Below are positions 17,881-26,860 of a stretch of DNA of 32,000 bases, in pieces. The stretch is taken from contig NC_020304.1 of assembly GCF_000341395.1 (NCBI RefSeq), positions 660,001 to 692,000 of the forward strand. Direction: 5' to 3'. How positions within the stretch are numbered: the stretch's first letter is position 1; each line of letters opens with the position of its first letter. The position numbers were made by a program, and so were the translations under genes. Source of the stretch: Desulfocapsa sulfexigens DSM 10523 (GTDB taxonomy: Bacteria; Desulfobacterota; Desulfobulbia; Desulfobulbales; Desulfocapsaceae). The notes below the pieces were generated by a model. It was not told the origin of the DNA, did not search any database, and saw only the letters and a program-made list of their open reading frames with translations.

Positions 17881-19035
17881 ATGAAAAAAACATGCTCACC
17901 CCCAGAGTCAAAACCCACCGACGCAGGACTTGCCGACACGGTCGCCTGCGATTCAGATATCTGTTTTATTGATGGAAAGGAAGGACGACTTGTCTACCGT
18001 GGATATGACGCCCTGGAGCTTGCAGAGAAGAGCAGCTTTGAAGAGGTTGCCTATCTACTCTGGTATGGTTGCCTGCCAAGAGAGACTGAATTTAATGCCT
18101 TTCTCGACGGCCTTCGTGCTTCCATGGCATTACCCACGGAAACCGTCATGATCCTGCGAATGTTTCCCAAAACAGCGACCCCCATGGAGGTCATCCGCAC
18201 AGCAGTATCTTCCCTCGGCCACTGGGATCCGGACAGCGGCAATACGGGACTGTCCGCTTCTCTTCGCAAGGCACAGCGTCTCACCCTCCGTATCCCTCTG
18301 CTTATTGCTGCCCATCAACGGCTGCGGGAAGGACTGGAGCCAATCCAGCCCATACCGGGGCATGGTATCGCCTACAATTTCCTCTATACTCTACAGGGGA
18401 AAGCTCCGGATCCACTGGTAGAACAAGCCTTTGATACTGCCCTTATTCTTCACGCCGACCACGAACTGAACGCATCAACCTTTGCCGCCCGGGTGACAGC
18501 GGCAACACTCTCGGACATCTACTCATCGGTAACCTCCGCCATCGGTGCCCTCAAAGGACCGCTCCATGGTGGTGCCAATATGGAGGTAATGCAGCTTATT
18601 GAAGAAATCGGCAGACCTGAACTGGCTGAAAAAATCATCCTTGAAAAACTTGCAAACAAGATCAAGATTCCTGGATTTGGTCACAGGGTATACCGTTGCG
18701 AAGATCCACGAGTGAACATGATCAGAGAGCTGGTACGCAGCCTGAGCAGTGCCATGGGCGATAGCAACAACTTTGCCATAACACAGGAAATAGAAAGGGT
18801 AGTCCTTGAACAGACCAAAGTGTTCCCCAATGTGGATCTTTACACCGCCTCACTTTACAGTGCCATGGGCCTGCCTCCTGAACTCTTCACTCCGATTTTC
18901 GCCATCAGCAGAACCGTTGGCTGGACATCACACATCATGGAACAGTGGGGAAACAACCGCCTTATTCGACCACGGGCAGAATACATCGGCCCCACGGATC
19001 TTCACTACGTAAGTATAGAAGAACGCTCCAGATAG
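17881..19035 (+). CDS. Citrate synthase / 2-methylcitrate synthase family
   Basis: 384 aa with EGRLVYRGYDALELAE, LHADHELNASTFAARV, GPLHGGAN, GFGHRVYRCEDPR and GWTSHIMEQ. Confidence 0.9.
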   Translation: MKKTCSPPESKPTDAGLADTVACDSDICFIDGKEGRLVYRGYDALELAEKSSFEEVAYLLWYGCLPRETEFNAFLDGLRASMALPTETVMILRMFPKTATPMEVIRTAVSSLGHWDPDSGNTGLSASLRKAQRLTLRIPLLIAAHQRLREGLEPIQPIPGHGIAYNFLYTLQGKAPDPLVEQAFDTALILHADHELNASTFAARVTAATLSDIYSSVTSAIGALKGPLHGGANMEVMQLIEEIGRPELAEKIILEKLANKIKIPGFGHRVYRCEDPRVNMIRELVRSLSSAMGDSNNFAITQEIERVVLEQTKVFPNVDLYTASLYSAMGLPPELFTPIFAISRTVGWTSHIMEQWGNNRLIRPRAEYIGPTDLHYVSIEERSR

Positions 19036-19132
19036 CAAAAGCAGATCCCGTACATCCTTTCCTCCATGGAGACATTCGTTTCCATGGGGGCGATATCAGG
19101 CTCTCTCATAAGAACAGCAACACGCGAAGCCC

Positions 19133-20608
19133 ATGAACTCTGTACTTATAATAATTGATTCTCTGGATCTGTGGGAGCCCTACTATCACAGCGACAGTGT
19201 TATTACAGCCATTCAGTATCTGCAACGTGAAGAATTAAGTCAGGATCCTCATCTGGTAATCAATCTCTGTTCAGATCTCTCCTATAACTCTGAGGGCTAT
19301 TACTGTTCCTTGCTGGCTCAGGCAAGAGACCATAAAGTCATCCCGAAAGTTGAAACTTTGAACAAGTTCGACAACAGCATCACCATGAAGCTCGATAGTG
19401 CAATGAGCCGCCTTCTCAGATTTGACAAGTCTGCTCTTTTTGAAAAAGAGTGTGACTGTAGTCATCATCTGGATCTGTTTTTTGGGAAGTGTGAAGATCC
19501 AAAGTACGAACGTCTTGGTCGTTTCTTCTTTGATCTATATCCCTGTCCACTTATGCGGGTAAGCTTCAGTGGACCGCAACGAGCGGAGATCTGTAATATT
19601 CGTTTGCTGTCACTCACCGAACTTGATGACCGTCAGCAGGATCTTTTTGCAGGCAGTCTGGATTTATTCAACAAAAAGGTATGGCGGCAGCCACGCAGTA
19701 AAAAACCGGCCCGCTATGATCTGGCAATCTTTTATGACCCGGAAGAACTCCTTCCACCAAGTAACAAAAGTGCCCTCAAGCTCTTTTTAAATGAAGCCAG
19801 AAAAATGAATGTGAATGCTGAGCTGCTCACCGCAGATGATGCTTCACGCCTAATGGAATTCGACGCACTCTTTATCCGCCAGACAACTGCGGTGAACCAC
19901 ATCACCTATCAACTGGCGCAAAAGGCACAGCAGGCTGACATGGTAGTCATAGATGATCCAGCCTCCATTGTCTGCTGCACCAATAAGGTCTACCTCAAAG
20001 AACTTATGGACAGATCTGCCATACCAGCACCCAGATCGATTCTCCTGTTCAGGGAAAAAATTCCATCCTATGAGGAAGTCTCTGAATACCTCGGACGGAC
20101 GATGGTCATGAAGATTCCGGATGGTTCTTTTTCCATCGGTGTTTCCCTGGTTTCTTCAGATAAGGAATACATCGCCCTGCAGGAAGCACTTTTTCAGCAC
20201 TCTTCGGTTTTACTTATACAGGAATTTATGCCCACGGAGTTTGACTGGAGAATCGGTGTATTAAATGGCGAGTGTATCTACGCCTGTAAATATTACATGG
20301 CCCGCGGCCACTGGCAGATTTATCAGCATAAGGCAAGTGGTCTCACAAAATCCGGCAAAAGTGAGACCGTTCCTGTTCACCAGGTACCATCCCAGGTCAC
20401 CCGTATTGCCAAAAAAGTGTCCGCAGCCATTGGCAAAGGATTGTACGGGGTTGACATAAAAGATGTCGATGGCCAGGCAGTGGTGATCGAGGTTAACGAT
20501 AATCCCTCCATTGATCACGGCGTCGAAGACAAGATTCTTGGCAGTGAACTGTACCGGATAATTCTGCGTGAGTTTATTGCCCGTTTGAACAAAAAAAGAA
20601 GGGCCTGA
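19133..20608 (+). CDS. RimK-like ATP-grasp ligase with N-terminal RLAN-type domain
   Basis: 491 aa. C-terminal ATP-grasp: VMKIPDGSFSIGV, LIQEFMPTEFDWRIGVLNGE, GLYGVDIKD..AVVIEVNDNPSIDHGVEDKI. Long N-terminal extension. Confidence 0.88.
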   Translation: MNSVLIIIDSLDLWEPYYHSDSVITAIQYLQREELSQDPHLVINLCSDLSYNSEGYYCSLLAQARDHKVIPKVETLNKFDNSITMKLDSAMSRLLRFDKSALFEKECDCSHHLDLFFGKCEDPKYERLGRFFFDLYPCPLMRVSFSGPQRAEICNIRLLSLTELDDRQQDLFAGSLDLFNKKVWRQPRSKKPARYDLAIFYDPEELLPPSNKSALKLFLNEARKMNVNAELLTADDASRLMEFDALFIRQTTAVNHITYQLAQKAQQADMVVIDDPASIVCCTNKVYLKELMDRSAIPAPRSILLFREKIPSYEEVSEYLGRTMVMKIPDGSFSIGVSLVSSDKEYIALQEALFQHSSVLLIQEFMPTEFDWRIGVLNGECIYACKYYMARGHWQIYQHKASGLTKSGKSETVPVHQVPSQVTRIAKKVSAAIGKGLYGVDIKDVDGQAVVIEVNDNPSIDHGVEDKILGSELYRIILREFIARLNKKRRA

Positions 20609-20614
20609 TACGAG

Positions 20615-21079
20615 ATGACCAGGATTATGGCAGTTACCAAAGAAGATATCCCCGGGCTCTGCCTCCTCGAGGAACAACTTTTTACCTGTGATCGGATATC
20701 TCCCAGGCAATTCAGTTATCTGATTTCCAAAGCAAACAGTGTTGTTATCAAGGCAGTCTGTTCCGAAATATTTGCAGGGTACATGGTGCTGCTGAGGCGC
20801 AGAAATAGCCGGAGGATGCGGATCTATTCACTCGGGGTCGCCCCATCTGTGAGACGACTGGGTGTTGCAGCTGAGATGCTTGCATTTGCAGAAGATATTG
20901 CTGCAAAACATAACTGTAATTGTCTGAGTCTCGAGGTTTCCAAACATAACGATGCCGCCCTGAGATTCTACAAAAATGCTGGTTTTCTCTACTATGGTGA
21001 AAAACAGAAGTTTTACGAAGACGGAACCACTGCCCTGCTGTTAAAAAAAAACATACCTGAAAGAGAAACACAACCATGA
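20615..21079 (+). CDS. GNAT family N-acetyltransferase (RimI-like)
   Basis: IYSLGVAPSVRRLGVAAEMLAFAEDIAAKHNCNCLSLEVSKHNDAALRFYKNAGF. Starts 6 nt after the RimK-like gene. Confidence 0.9.
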   Translation: MTRIMAVTKEDIPGLCLLEEQLFTCDRISPRQFSYLISKANSVVIKAVCSEIFAGYMVLLRRRNSRRMRIYSLGVAPSVRRLGVAAEMLAFAEDIAAKHNCNCLSLEVSKHNDAALRFYKNAGFLYYGEKQKFYEDGTTALLLKKNIPERETQP

Positions 21080-21672
21080 TTCATCCTGACACCGAAGTTC
21101 GCTACATAAACGAAGAAAAAGGGAACGGACTCTTTGCCACCAGTTTTATTCCCAGAGGAACTGTCACCTGGGTACTCGATGTCCTCGACAGGGAGATCCC
21201 CCCTGAAGACATGGCAGCCTATGACCAGCAAATCCGAGAAGTTCTCCTCACCTATTCATTCCGGAACAGCAAGGGGAACTACATCTTCTGTTGGGATAAC
21301 GGTCGCTACATAAACCACAGTTTTCATGCAAACTGTTGCCTTACCCCCTATAACTTTGAGATTGCTATAAAGGATATCAATGCCGGGGAAGAATTAACAG
21401 ATGACTACGGTACTCTTAACATCATCGAACCCTTTACAGTTGATTCGGAAGGCGGCAATCGAAACACTGTCTACCCCGATGATCTTCTGCACTACAGTAA
21501 AATATGGGATGCAAAAATTGCCGCGGCTTTTCCAGAACTGTCAGTGGTAAAACAGCCTCTGTGGAAGTTTTTTTCCCCAGAAACCCAAAAGGCCGTTCAA
21601 CAGGTTCTTGAGGGAACCTCCCCACTGCCTTCCATCAAATCCTGCTATTATGATAAGAGCATTGTGGAATAA
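21076..21672 (+). CDS. SET-domain protein (putative lysine methyltransferase)
   Basis: KGNGLFATSFIPRGTVTWVL, NHSFHANCCLTP, AIKDINAGEELTDDYGT. ATGA overlap with the GNAT gene. Confidence 0.85.
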   Translation: MIHPDTEVRYINEEKGNGLFATSFIPRGTVTWVLDVLDREIPPEDMAAYDQQIREVLLTYSFRNSKGNYIFCWDNGRYINHSFHANCCLTPYNFEIAIKDINAGEELTDDYGTLNIIEPFTVDSEGGNRNTVYPDDLLHYSKIWDAKIAAAFPELSVVKQPLWKFFSPETQKAVQQVLEGTSPLPSIKSCYYDKSIVE

Positions 21673-21860
21673 TTGATGAACTATTATCGTTTTGCTCTCT
21701 GAAGTTGTGTACTTACTTACACGAATTCAGCTAATCCACTTTTTCAAAAAACAACAAATTGTTACGTACAGAGAACAGTGCCCGGAAAAGGGAATTCTTT
21801 CGTAAACTCCCCCCGGACACTGTCATATTCATTTCTGGACAAAAAGTGTAATCTATATGC

Positions 21861-22208
21861 TTACCACCTTGCTCTCCCTCTGTTGTCCTGCCAATGCTTC
21901 CGATGATGCCTATGCTGCTGTCTATACGGCCTGGGTTGCGGAAGGTATACAACGGGTCTAGGCCTGAAAACAGGTGGTGGCACCATGAGCACTGGACGAG
22001 AGTAAAACCGTTGATGGGAAGGAGGTATATATTGCTGATTCGGATAGTATCGAACCTGCGAAGCGATTAAAGCCCCAACCGTAGCTCCCAATACTACTCC
22101 AGGCAGGATATTGTCAGTATTGCGGCTCATGGCAGGTTGGCTTGTGATTGTTAGAGTGAGCATGGTTAAGAGGATTGTAAAAGCTGCTGTCGTCTTCTTC
22201 ATGAGCAT
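21861..22208 (-). CDS. Small secreted Pro/Arg/His-rich protein
   Basis: Signal peptide MKKTTAAFTILLTMLTLTITSQPAMS (start likely at 22202), a glycine/alanine hydrophobic patch (GVVLGATVGALIA), then a basic low-complexity tail. Confidence 0.6.
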   Translation of the reverse strand: MLMKKTTAAFTILLTMLTLTITSQPAMSRNTDNILPGVVLGATVGALIASQVRYYPNQQYIPPSHQRFYSRPVLMVPPPVFRPRPVVYLPQPRPYRQQHRHHRKHWQDNRGRARW

Positions 22209-22284
22209 TTCTCCAGGTAAAGGTTTTTGTTATTCTGTTGTCATACCTTTTTTCTATATCCCGGAAATCAATTTGTCATTGGAC

Positions 22285-22317
22285 ATCGGGTGACATGTCA
22301 ACCGATATCGGGTGACA
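22285..22317. promoter_or_regulatory. Candidate operator: three abutting 11-bp half-sites in alternating orientation
   Basis: ATCGGGTGACA | TGTCAACCGAT | ATCGGGTGACA, exactly contiguous. The middle unit is the reverse complement with 1 mismatch. Confidence 0.5.
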
Positions 22318-22487
22318 CTGGCATCAATGATTGACACAACATACTGAAATAACTACCAAGAGAAACAAAGACAGAAACAGGGTGCATTCGATAGAATGTA
22401 CAATTTCACAAACTACAAACAAACACTATTGTTCGCACCACCAGCAGAAATGATTGCATGAAGACTTGAAAGGAGAGCCCTTATGGT

Positions 22488-24110
22488 CTATTTCATCTTC
22501 AACACATGCTCGGAAATATTGTTTGCATGATTATTTATCCGACCAATGTCCTTGAGAACATACGGGTAAAAGGCATCAATGACAGGTCGAAGTTGATCAT
22601 TTTCCTGCCTGTACAAAAATTTATTTCTGTACTCCGTTTTTAATGCATCCAGCTGATGTTCCATTTTATGAACGTCTATATCCAGGGTTTTGACTCTTTC
22701 CTTCAGACCATTTGCAGCCACCATGTAAGCTTGAACGGCATTATCAAAAAACTCTGCAAGCTCCTTTCTGGCTGCTTCTGAAAAAAACACTTTTTCCTGG
22801 CTGGCGTATCCTGCTATATTTTCCGCCAGGTCTGCAATCCGTTCCAGGTCAGTCGTGGCATGAGCCAGAGCTCTTTTCCTGGCCCTGTCTTGTTCGTTCA
22901 GCATGACGGTATTTATTTTATTCAGATAATTGCCCACCTTTTCATGAATGATGTCAACGGCCCTCTCGTTTTCCGTGAGCTGCCCGGAGCTGTTTGTATC
23001 GTTTTCAAAAAATGTTTTTCGGGCCTGGGTCAGTGATTCACCGACAACGGCTGCCATCCGATTCACCTCCTGTTCCGCCTCGTACAAGGCAAGTGCCGGG
23101 ACGGTGAGAAACTTTTCTTCCAGGAGACCGTGGGAGGAAATGACCTCTTCATTCTTTCCCGGAATAAGGATACTCAGAAAATGCATCAATATGGTGACAA
23201 AGGGCATCATAATCAGACTGACAGTGACATTGAAAACAGTATGGGCATTGGCGATAAGCCTTGGTGTATCCGATGCAGTCAGGGCGATCAGTCCTGCGAA
23301 CTGTTCAAGAAACGGGAAAAAGAGTACAGCCCCACTGATATTGATGATAAACTGGGCCATTCCTGTTCGCCTGGCCGCTATACTGGTACCTGCCGCTGCA
23401 ATGAGTTCCAGGACGCAGGTGCCTATATTAGCCCCGATGATCAGAGCTATCCCTGCATCAAGGGATATTATGCCTTCCATACTCATGGCTATCACAAGAC
23501 TTGTCGTTGCCGAACTGCTGTTGGTAACCGCGGTCAGAACAGCACCAATCACAATACCGAGCAAGGGGTACACCCCGAAGTCTGCTATGACCTTCAGGAC
23601 AAAAGGATACTCTTTTAAGGGAGAGGCACCGTCGGCCATGATCTTCATGGAAAGGAAGATCATCCCCATGTAGAGGAGTGTATCTCCAATATGATTGACC
23701 TTCTCCTTTTTCCCAAGCCGACTCATGGCAAACCCGGCTATTATCAGGGGGTAAAATATCATTTTTACCTTGAAGGCGATTATCTGGGCAGTAATGGTGG
23801 TACCAATTTCAGAACCGAGAATAACGTAGATGGACTGCCGCAAAGTCATGATTCCGGAATTGACCAGGCCGAGCAGCAGCAGAACCGTGACACTTGAGCT
23901 CTGCACCATAAAGGTGACAACAGTGCCTGTGAGAGCGCCCTTTACCGGGTTCCCCGTTGCTTTCTGGAGGATGTTTTTCAGGCGGACACTGGCGACTTTT
24001 TTTAAGGTATTGCTCAGCATATTGATACTGAACATAAACAGAGCCAGTCCTCCGCCCAATTGTAGAAGGATAAAAAAAAGGTTCATGGGCCTGTCCATAC
24101 CATTCTCCAT
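22488..24110 (-). CDS. Na/Pi cotransporter family protein with C-terminal PhoU-like domain
   Basis: LFMFSINMLSNTLKK, duplicated QSSS/TNSSSAT motifs (VTFMVQSSSVTVLL; LTAVTNSSSATTSLV), C-terminal helical PhoU-like region. Confidence 0.92.
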   Translation of the reverse strand: MENGMDRPMNLFFILLQLGGGLALFMFSINMLSNTLKKVASVRLKNILQKATGNPVKGALTGTVVTFMVQSSSVTVLLLLGLVNSGIMTLRQSIYVILGSEIGTTITAQIIAFKVKMIFYPLIIAGFAMSRLGKKEKVNHIGDTLLYMGMIFLSMKIMADGASPLKEYPFVLKVIADFGVYPLLGIVIGAVLTAVTNSSSATTSLVIAMSMEGIISLDAGIALIIGANIGTCVLELIAAAGTSIAARRTGMAQFIINISGAVLFFPFLEQFAGLIALTASDTPRLIANAHTVFNVTVSLIMMPFVTILMHFLSILIPGKNEEVISSHGLLEEKFLTVPALALYEAEQEVNRMAAVVGESLTQARKTFFENDTNSSGQLTENERAVDIIHEKVGNYLNKINTVMLNEQDRARKRALAHATTDLERIADLAENIAGYASQEKVFFSEAARKELAEFFDNAVQAYMVAANGLKERVKTLDIDVHKMEHQLDALKTEYRNKFLYRQENDQLRPVIDAFYPYVLKDIGRINNHANNISEHVLKMK

Positions 24111-24337
24111 TCATAAATGATGTTCAGTTGGCAGTGCGGCCAATAAAACTGACGTGTATATGGTAGTAGTACCTCTTCCTGAGGGAGACCGGTTGTATTT
24201 GATTTGTTACTCCAGTGTGATATAGTTCTCCACACAGGAATACAGGAAAGGTGCATGACAATGTCTTATTAATCATATCTTAAAATTGTCAGCTCTTGCA
24301 AGCCGACCAGCCAAAAAATTCTTAACAGGAATATAAA

Positions 24338-25747
24338 ATGAAAATAACTTTCCAGGGTGCAGCCAAAACAGTCACAGGATCAAAATTTCTTATCGAGGTC
24401 AACAATTCCAGATTCCTCCTCGACTGTGGCCTCTATCAGGGCAAACGTAAGGATTCCTTTGAGATGAACAGGGAAACTTCCTGCAATAGCGATACTCTTG
24501 ACGCCATCGTTCTTTCCCATGCCCATATCGATCATTCAGGAAATATCCCCTGCCATGTGAAAAATGGCTTTCAGGGTGATATTTTTTGCACCTCCGCTAC
24601 CCGTGACCTGTGTGCAGTAATGCTGCTTGACAGTGCCTTTCTCCAGGAAAAAGACGTGGAATACGTGAACCGTAAACGGGAAAGAGACGGGAAAAAACCT
24701 TTTGAGCCTCTCTACACCAAAAAAGATGCAGTTGCCTCCATGCAATATTTTGTCGGCATGAGCTACAACCGAAAACGTCAGATTCTGCCGGGTGTTGAAT
24801 TGACCCTGGTTGATGCCGGACATATGCTGGGCAGCGCCCATGTCATCCTTGACATTGAAGATATGGACAGTGGCAGGAAGACCAGGTTGGTGTTCAGCGG
24901 TGACATCGGCCGCGCCAATATCCCCATCATCCGTGACCCGCAACCGATAACACAAGGGGCTGACATCCTGATAATGGAAAGCACCTATGGCAACCGCACC
25001 CACCCCCCCTATCCCGAATCGGAAAGGGAGCTGAAAAGAATAGTCAACGAAACAGTGGCAAGGGGGGGGAGCCTGTTAATTCCCGCCTTTGCCGTGGGCC
25101 GAACCCAGCAGATTGTCTATACACTGCACAAGCTTTTTGTAAATGGAGAGATCCCCGATGTGCCAATCTATGTGGACAGTCCGCTTGCCACGAGAACAAC
25201 GGACATCTTTCGCCTCCATCCCGAAACCTACGATGAGGAGATCATGCAGTTTATGCTGGAGGACAAAAATAACAATCCCTTCGGCTTCGAGACACTCAAG
25301 TACACGTCATCTGTGGATGAATCAAAAAATCTGAGCAGTTCAGACAAGCCTGCCATTATCATCAGCGCCAGTGGTATGATGGAGGGGGGACGTATCCTGC
25401 ATCATCTCAAGAGCCGTGCCGGGAATCCGAAAAACACAATCCTTATTACCGGCTGGCAGGCACCCTTTACCCTGGGGCGACAAATTGTCGACGGGAAAAA
25501 AGAAGTTAAAATTTTTGGTGAACTGTATGACATCAGGGCTAAGGTTGAACTTGTCACCGGCTTCAGTGGACACGCTGACCGGGAGGAGCTTCTTGCATGG
25601 GCTGGAGCCATGGAGAAAAAGCCGACACAAACATTTATTGTTCATGGTGAAGAGGAATCTGCCAACGCGCTTGCCACTGCCCTTCATGACACTCTCGGTT
25701 TCAAAACGGTCCATATCCCCAATCCCAACCAGAGTTTTGATATCTGA
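24338..25747 (+). CDS. MBL-fold metallo-hydrolase with beta-CASP / RNA-specificity domain
   Basis: LSHAHIDHSG, ESTYGNRTHP, IPAFAVGRTQQI, IIISASGMMEGGRILHHL, VHGEEESANALA. Confidence 0.93.
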   Translation: MKITFQGAAKTVTGSKFLIEVNNSRFLLDCGLYQGKRKDSFEMNRETSCNSDTLDAIVLSHAHIDHSGNIPCHVKNGFQGDIFCTSATRDLCAVMLLDSAFLQEKDVEYVNRKRERDGKKPFEPLYTKKDAVASMQYFVGMSYNRKRQILPGVELTLVDAGHMLGSAHVILDIEDMDSGRKTRLVFSGDIGRANIPIIRDPQPITQGADILIMESTYGNRTHPPYPESERELKRIVNETVARGGSLLIPAFAVGRTQQIVYTLHKLFVNGEIPDVPIYVDSPLATRTTDIFRLHPETYDEEIMQFMLEDKNNNPFGFETLKYTSSVDESKNLSSSDKPAIIISASGMMEGGRILHHLKSRAGNPKNTILITGWQAPFTLGRQIVDGKKEVKIFGELYDIRAKVELVTGFSGHADREELLAWAGAMEKKPTQTFIVHGEEESANALATALHDTLGFKTVHIPNPNQSFDI

Positions 25748-25776
25748 GAAAAGCAGGGGTTACATCAGAGACGATA

Positions 25777-26838
25777 ATGAAAAAAAGCTATGGTAAAATA
25801 TCTGACAAAGCGGGACTGCCACCGGGGAGCCTTGTTCACGTCGGTCAGTATAGAGAAGATCCGATACGTTTTTCCTGGATGGATTACGACGAAACCGGCT
25901 GTAAGGAAAGAGAAGGAAATACTCTAACAGAGAAAACTCAGGCACCGAGGGAAAAGAATGTTCACTGGCTTCATCTCAATGGCGTCCATCAACCTGAGCT
26001 GATCAGACAGATCGGGGAACAACACGAAATTCACAGTCTGACGCTGGAAGATATTCTAAACACCGAACATCGCCCCAAACTGGATGAAACCGACGATGGA
26101 TTCTTCCTTATTGCCAAGATGCCCACATTGGCTGCAGAAGGAACCATCTCATTTGAATCAGTTAATATTCTTCTTGGTGATTTTGGGGTTGCAACCTTTG
26201 TCACCGGTGACCAGGATCCATTCATACCGATACGCTCACGAATACGTAATGGTACCGGTAAGATCAGGAAAAGGGATCATGATTATCTGGTCTATACCCT
26301 TCTTGACTCCGTTATAGACTGCTACCTTGTCGTTATTGAGCAGCTGCAGGACAAAATTCTCGAATTTGAGGAGGAGGTCCTGTATAACGCCCAGCCTGAA
26401 TCATTATTACAGCTCCAGACTCTACAGCGTACCATCCTGCAGCTACGCCAGGTCGTTCAACCAATGAGAGACATGGTGGCAAAGCTTTGCCGTATCGACG
26501 ATCAACTTATCAATGAATCCACCAGGAAGTATTTTGAAGATGTCCTCGACCATATGAATGCCGTCTCCGCCAATACTGATCACTTCAGAGAGTTGCTGAC
26601 TTCGATCCTGGAACTCCACGTTTCCATGATGAACACAAAGATGAATCAGGTGGTTCAACTGCTGACTGTCTTTGCCGCCATTTTCATGCCTCTGACCTTT
26701 CTCGCTGGTATTTATGGAATGAACTTCAGATATATGCCCGGACTGGAAAATCAATACGGGTATTTTATCCTTCTCCTGCTTATGGTCGGGTTGGCCATAT
26801 CAATGATCTTTTTCTTCCGCAAACGGAAATGGCTATAA
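25777..26838 (+). CDS. corA: Magnesium/cobalt transporter, CorA family
   Basis: C-terminal FAAIFMPLTFLAGIYGMNFRYMPGLENQYGYFILLLLM with the GMN signature. Confidence 0.95.
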   Translation: MKKSYGKISDKAGLPPGSLVHVGQYREDPIRFSWMDYDETGCKEREGNTLTEKTQAPREKNVHWLHLNGVHQPELIRQIGEQHEIHSLTLEDILNTEHRPKLDETDDGFFLIAKMPTLAAEGTISFESVNILLGDFGVATFVTGDQDPFIPIRSRIRNGTGKIRKRDHDYLVYTLLDSVIDCYLVVIEQLQDKILEFEEEVLYNAQPESLLQLQTLQRTILQLRQVVQPMRDMVAKLCRIDDQLINESTRKYFEDVLDHMNAVSANTDHFRELLTSILELHVSMMNTKMNQVVQLLTVFAAIFMPLTFLAGIYGMNFRYMPGLENQYGYFILLLLMVGLAISMIFFFRKRKWL

Positions 26839-26860
26839 AAAAAAGAGTAACATCTCATTT

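Noticed and set aside
21731-21952. 73-aa minus-strand ORF overlapping the end of the secreted-protein gene
   Set aside because: No ribosome-binding site or domain, and low-complexity-like sequence.
24256-24291. TGACAAT...ATTGTCA 7-bp inverted repeat upstream of the beta-CASP gene
   Set aside because: Short AT-rich arms with a 22-nt loop; plausible by chance, with no supporting context.
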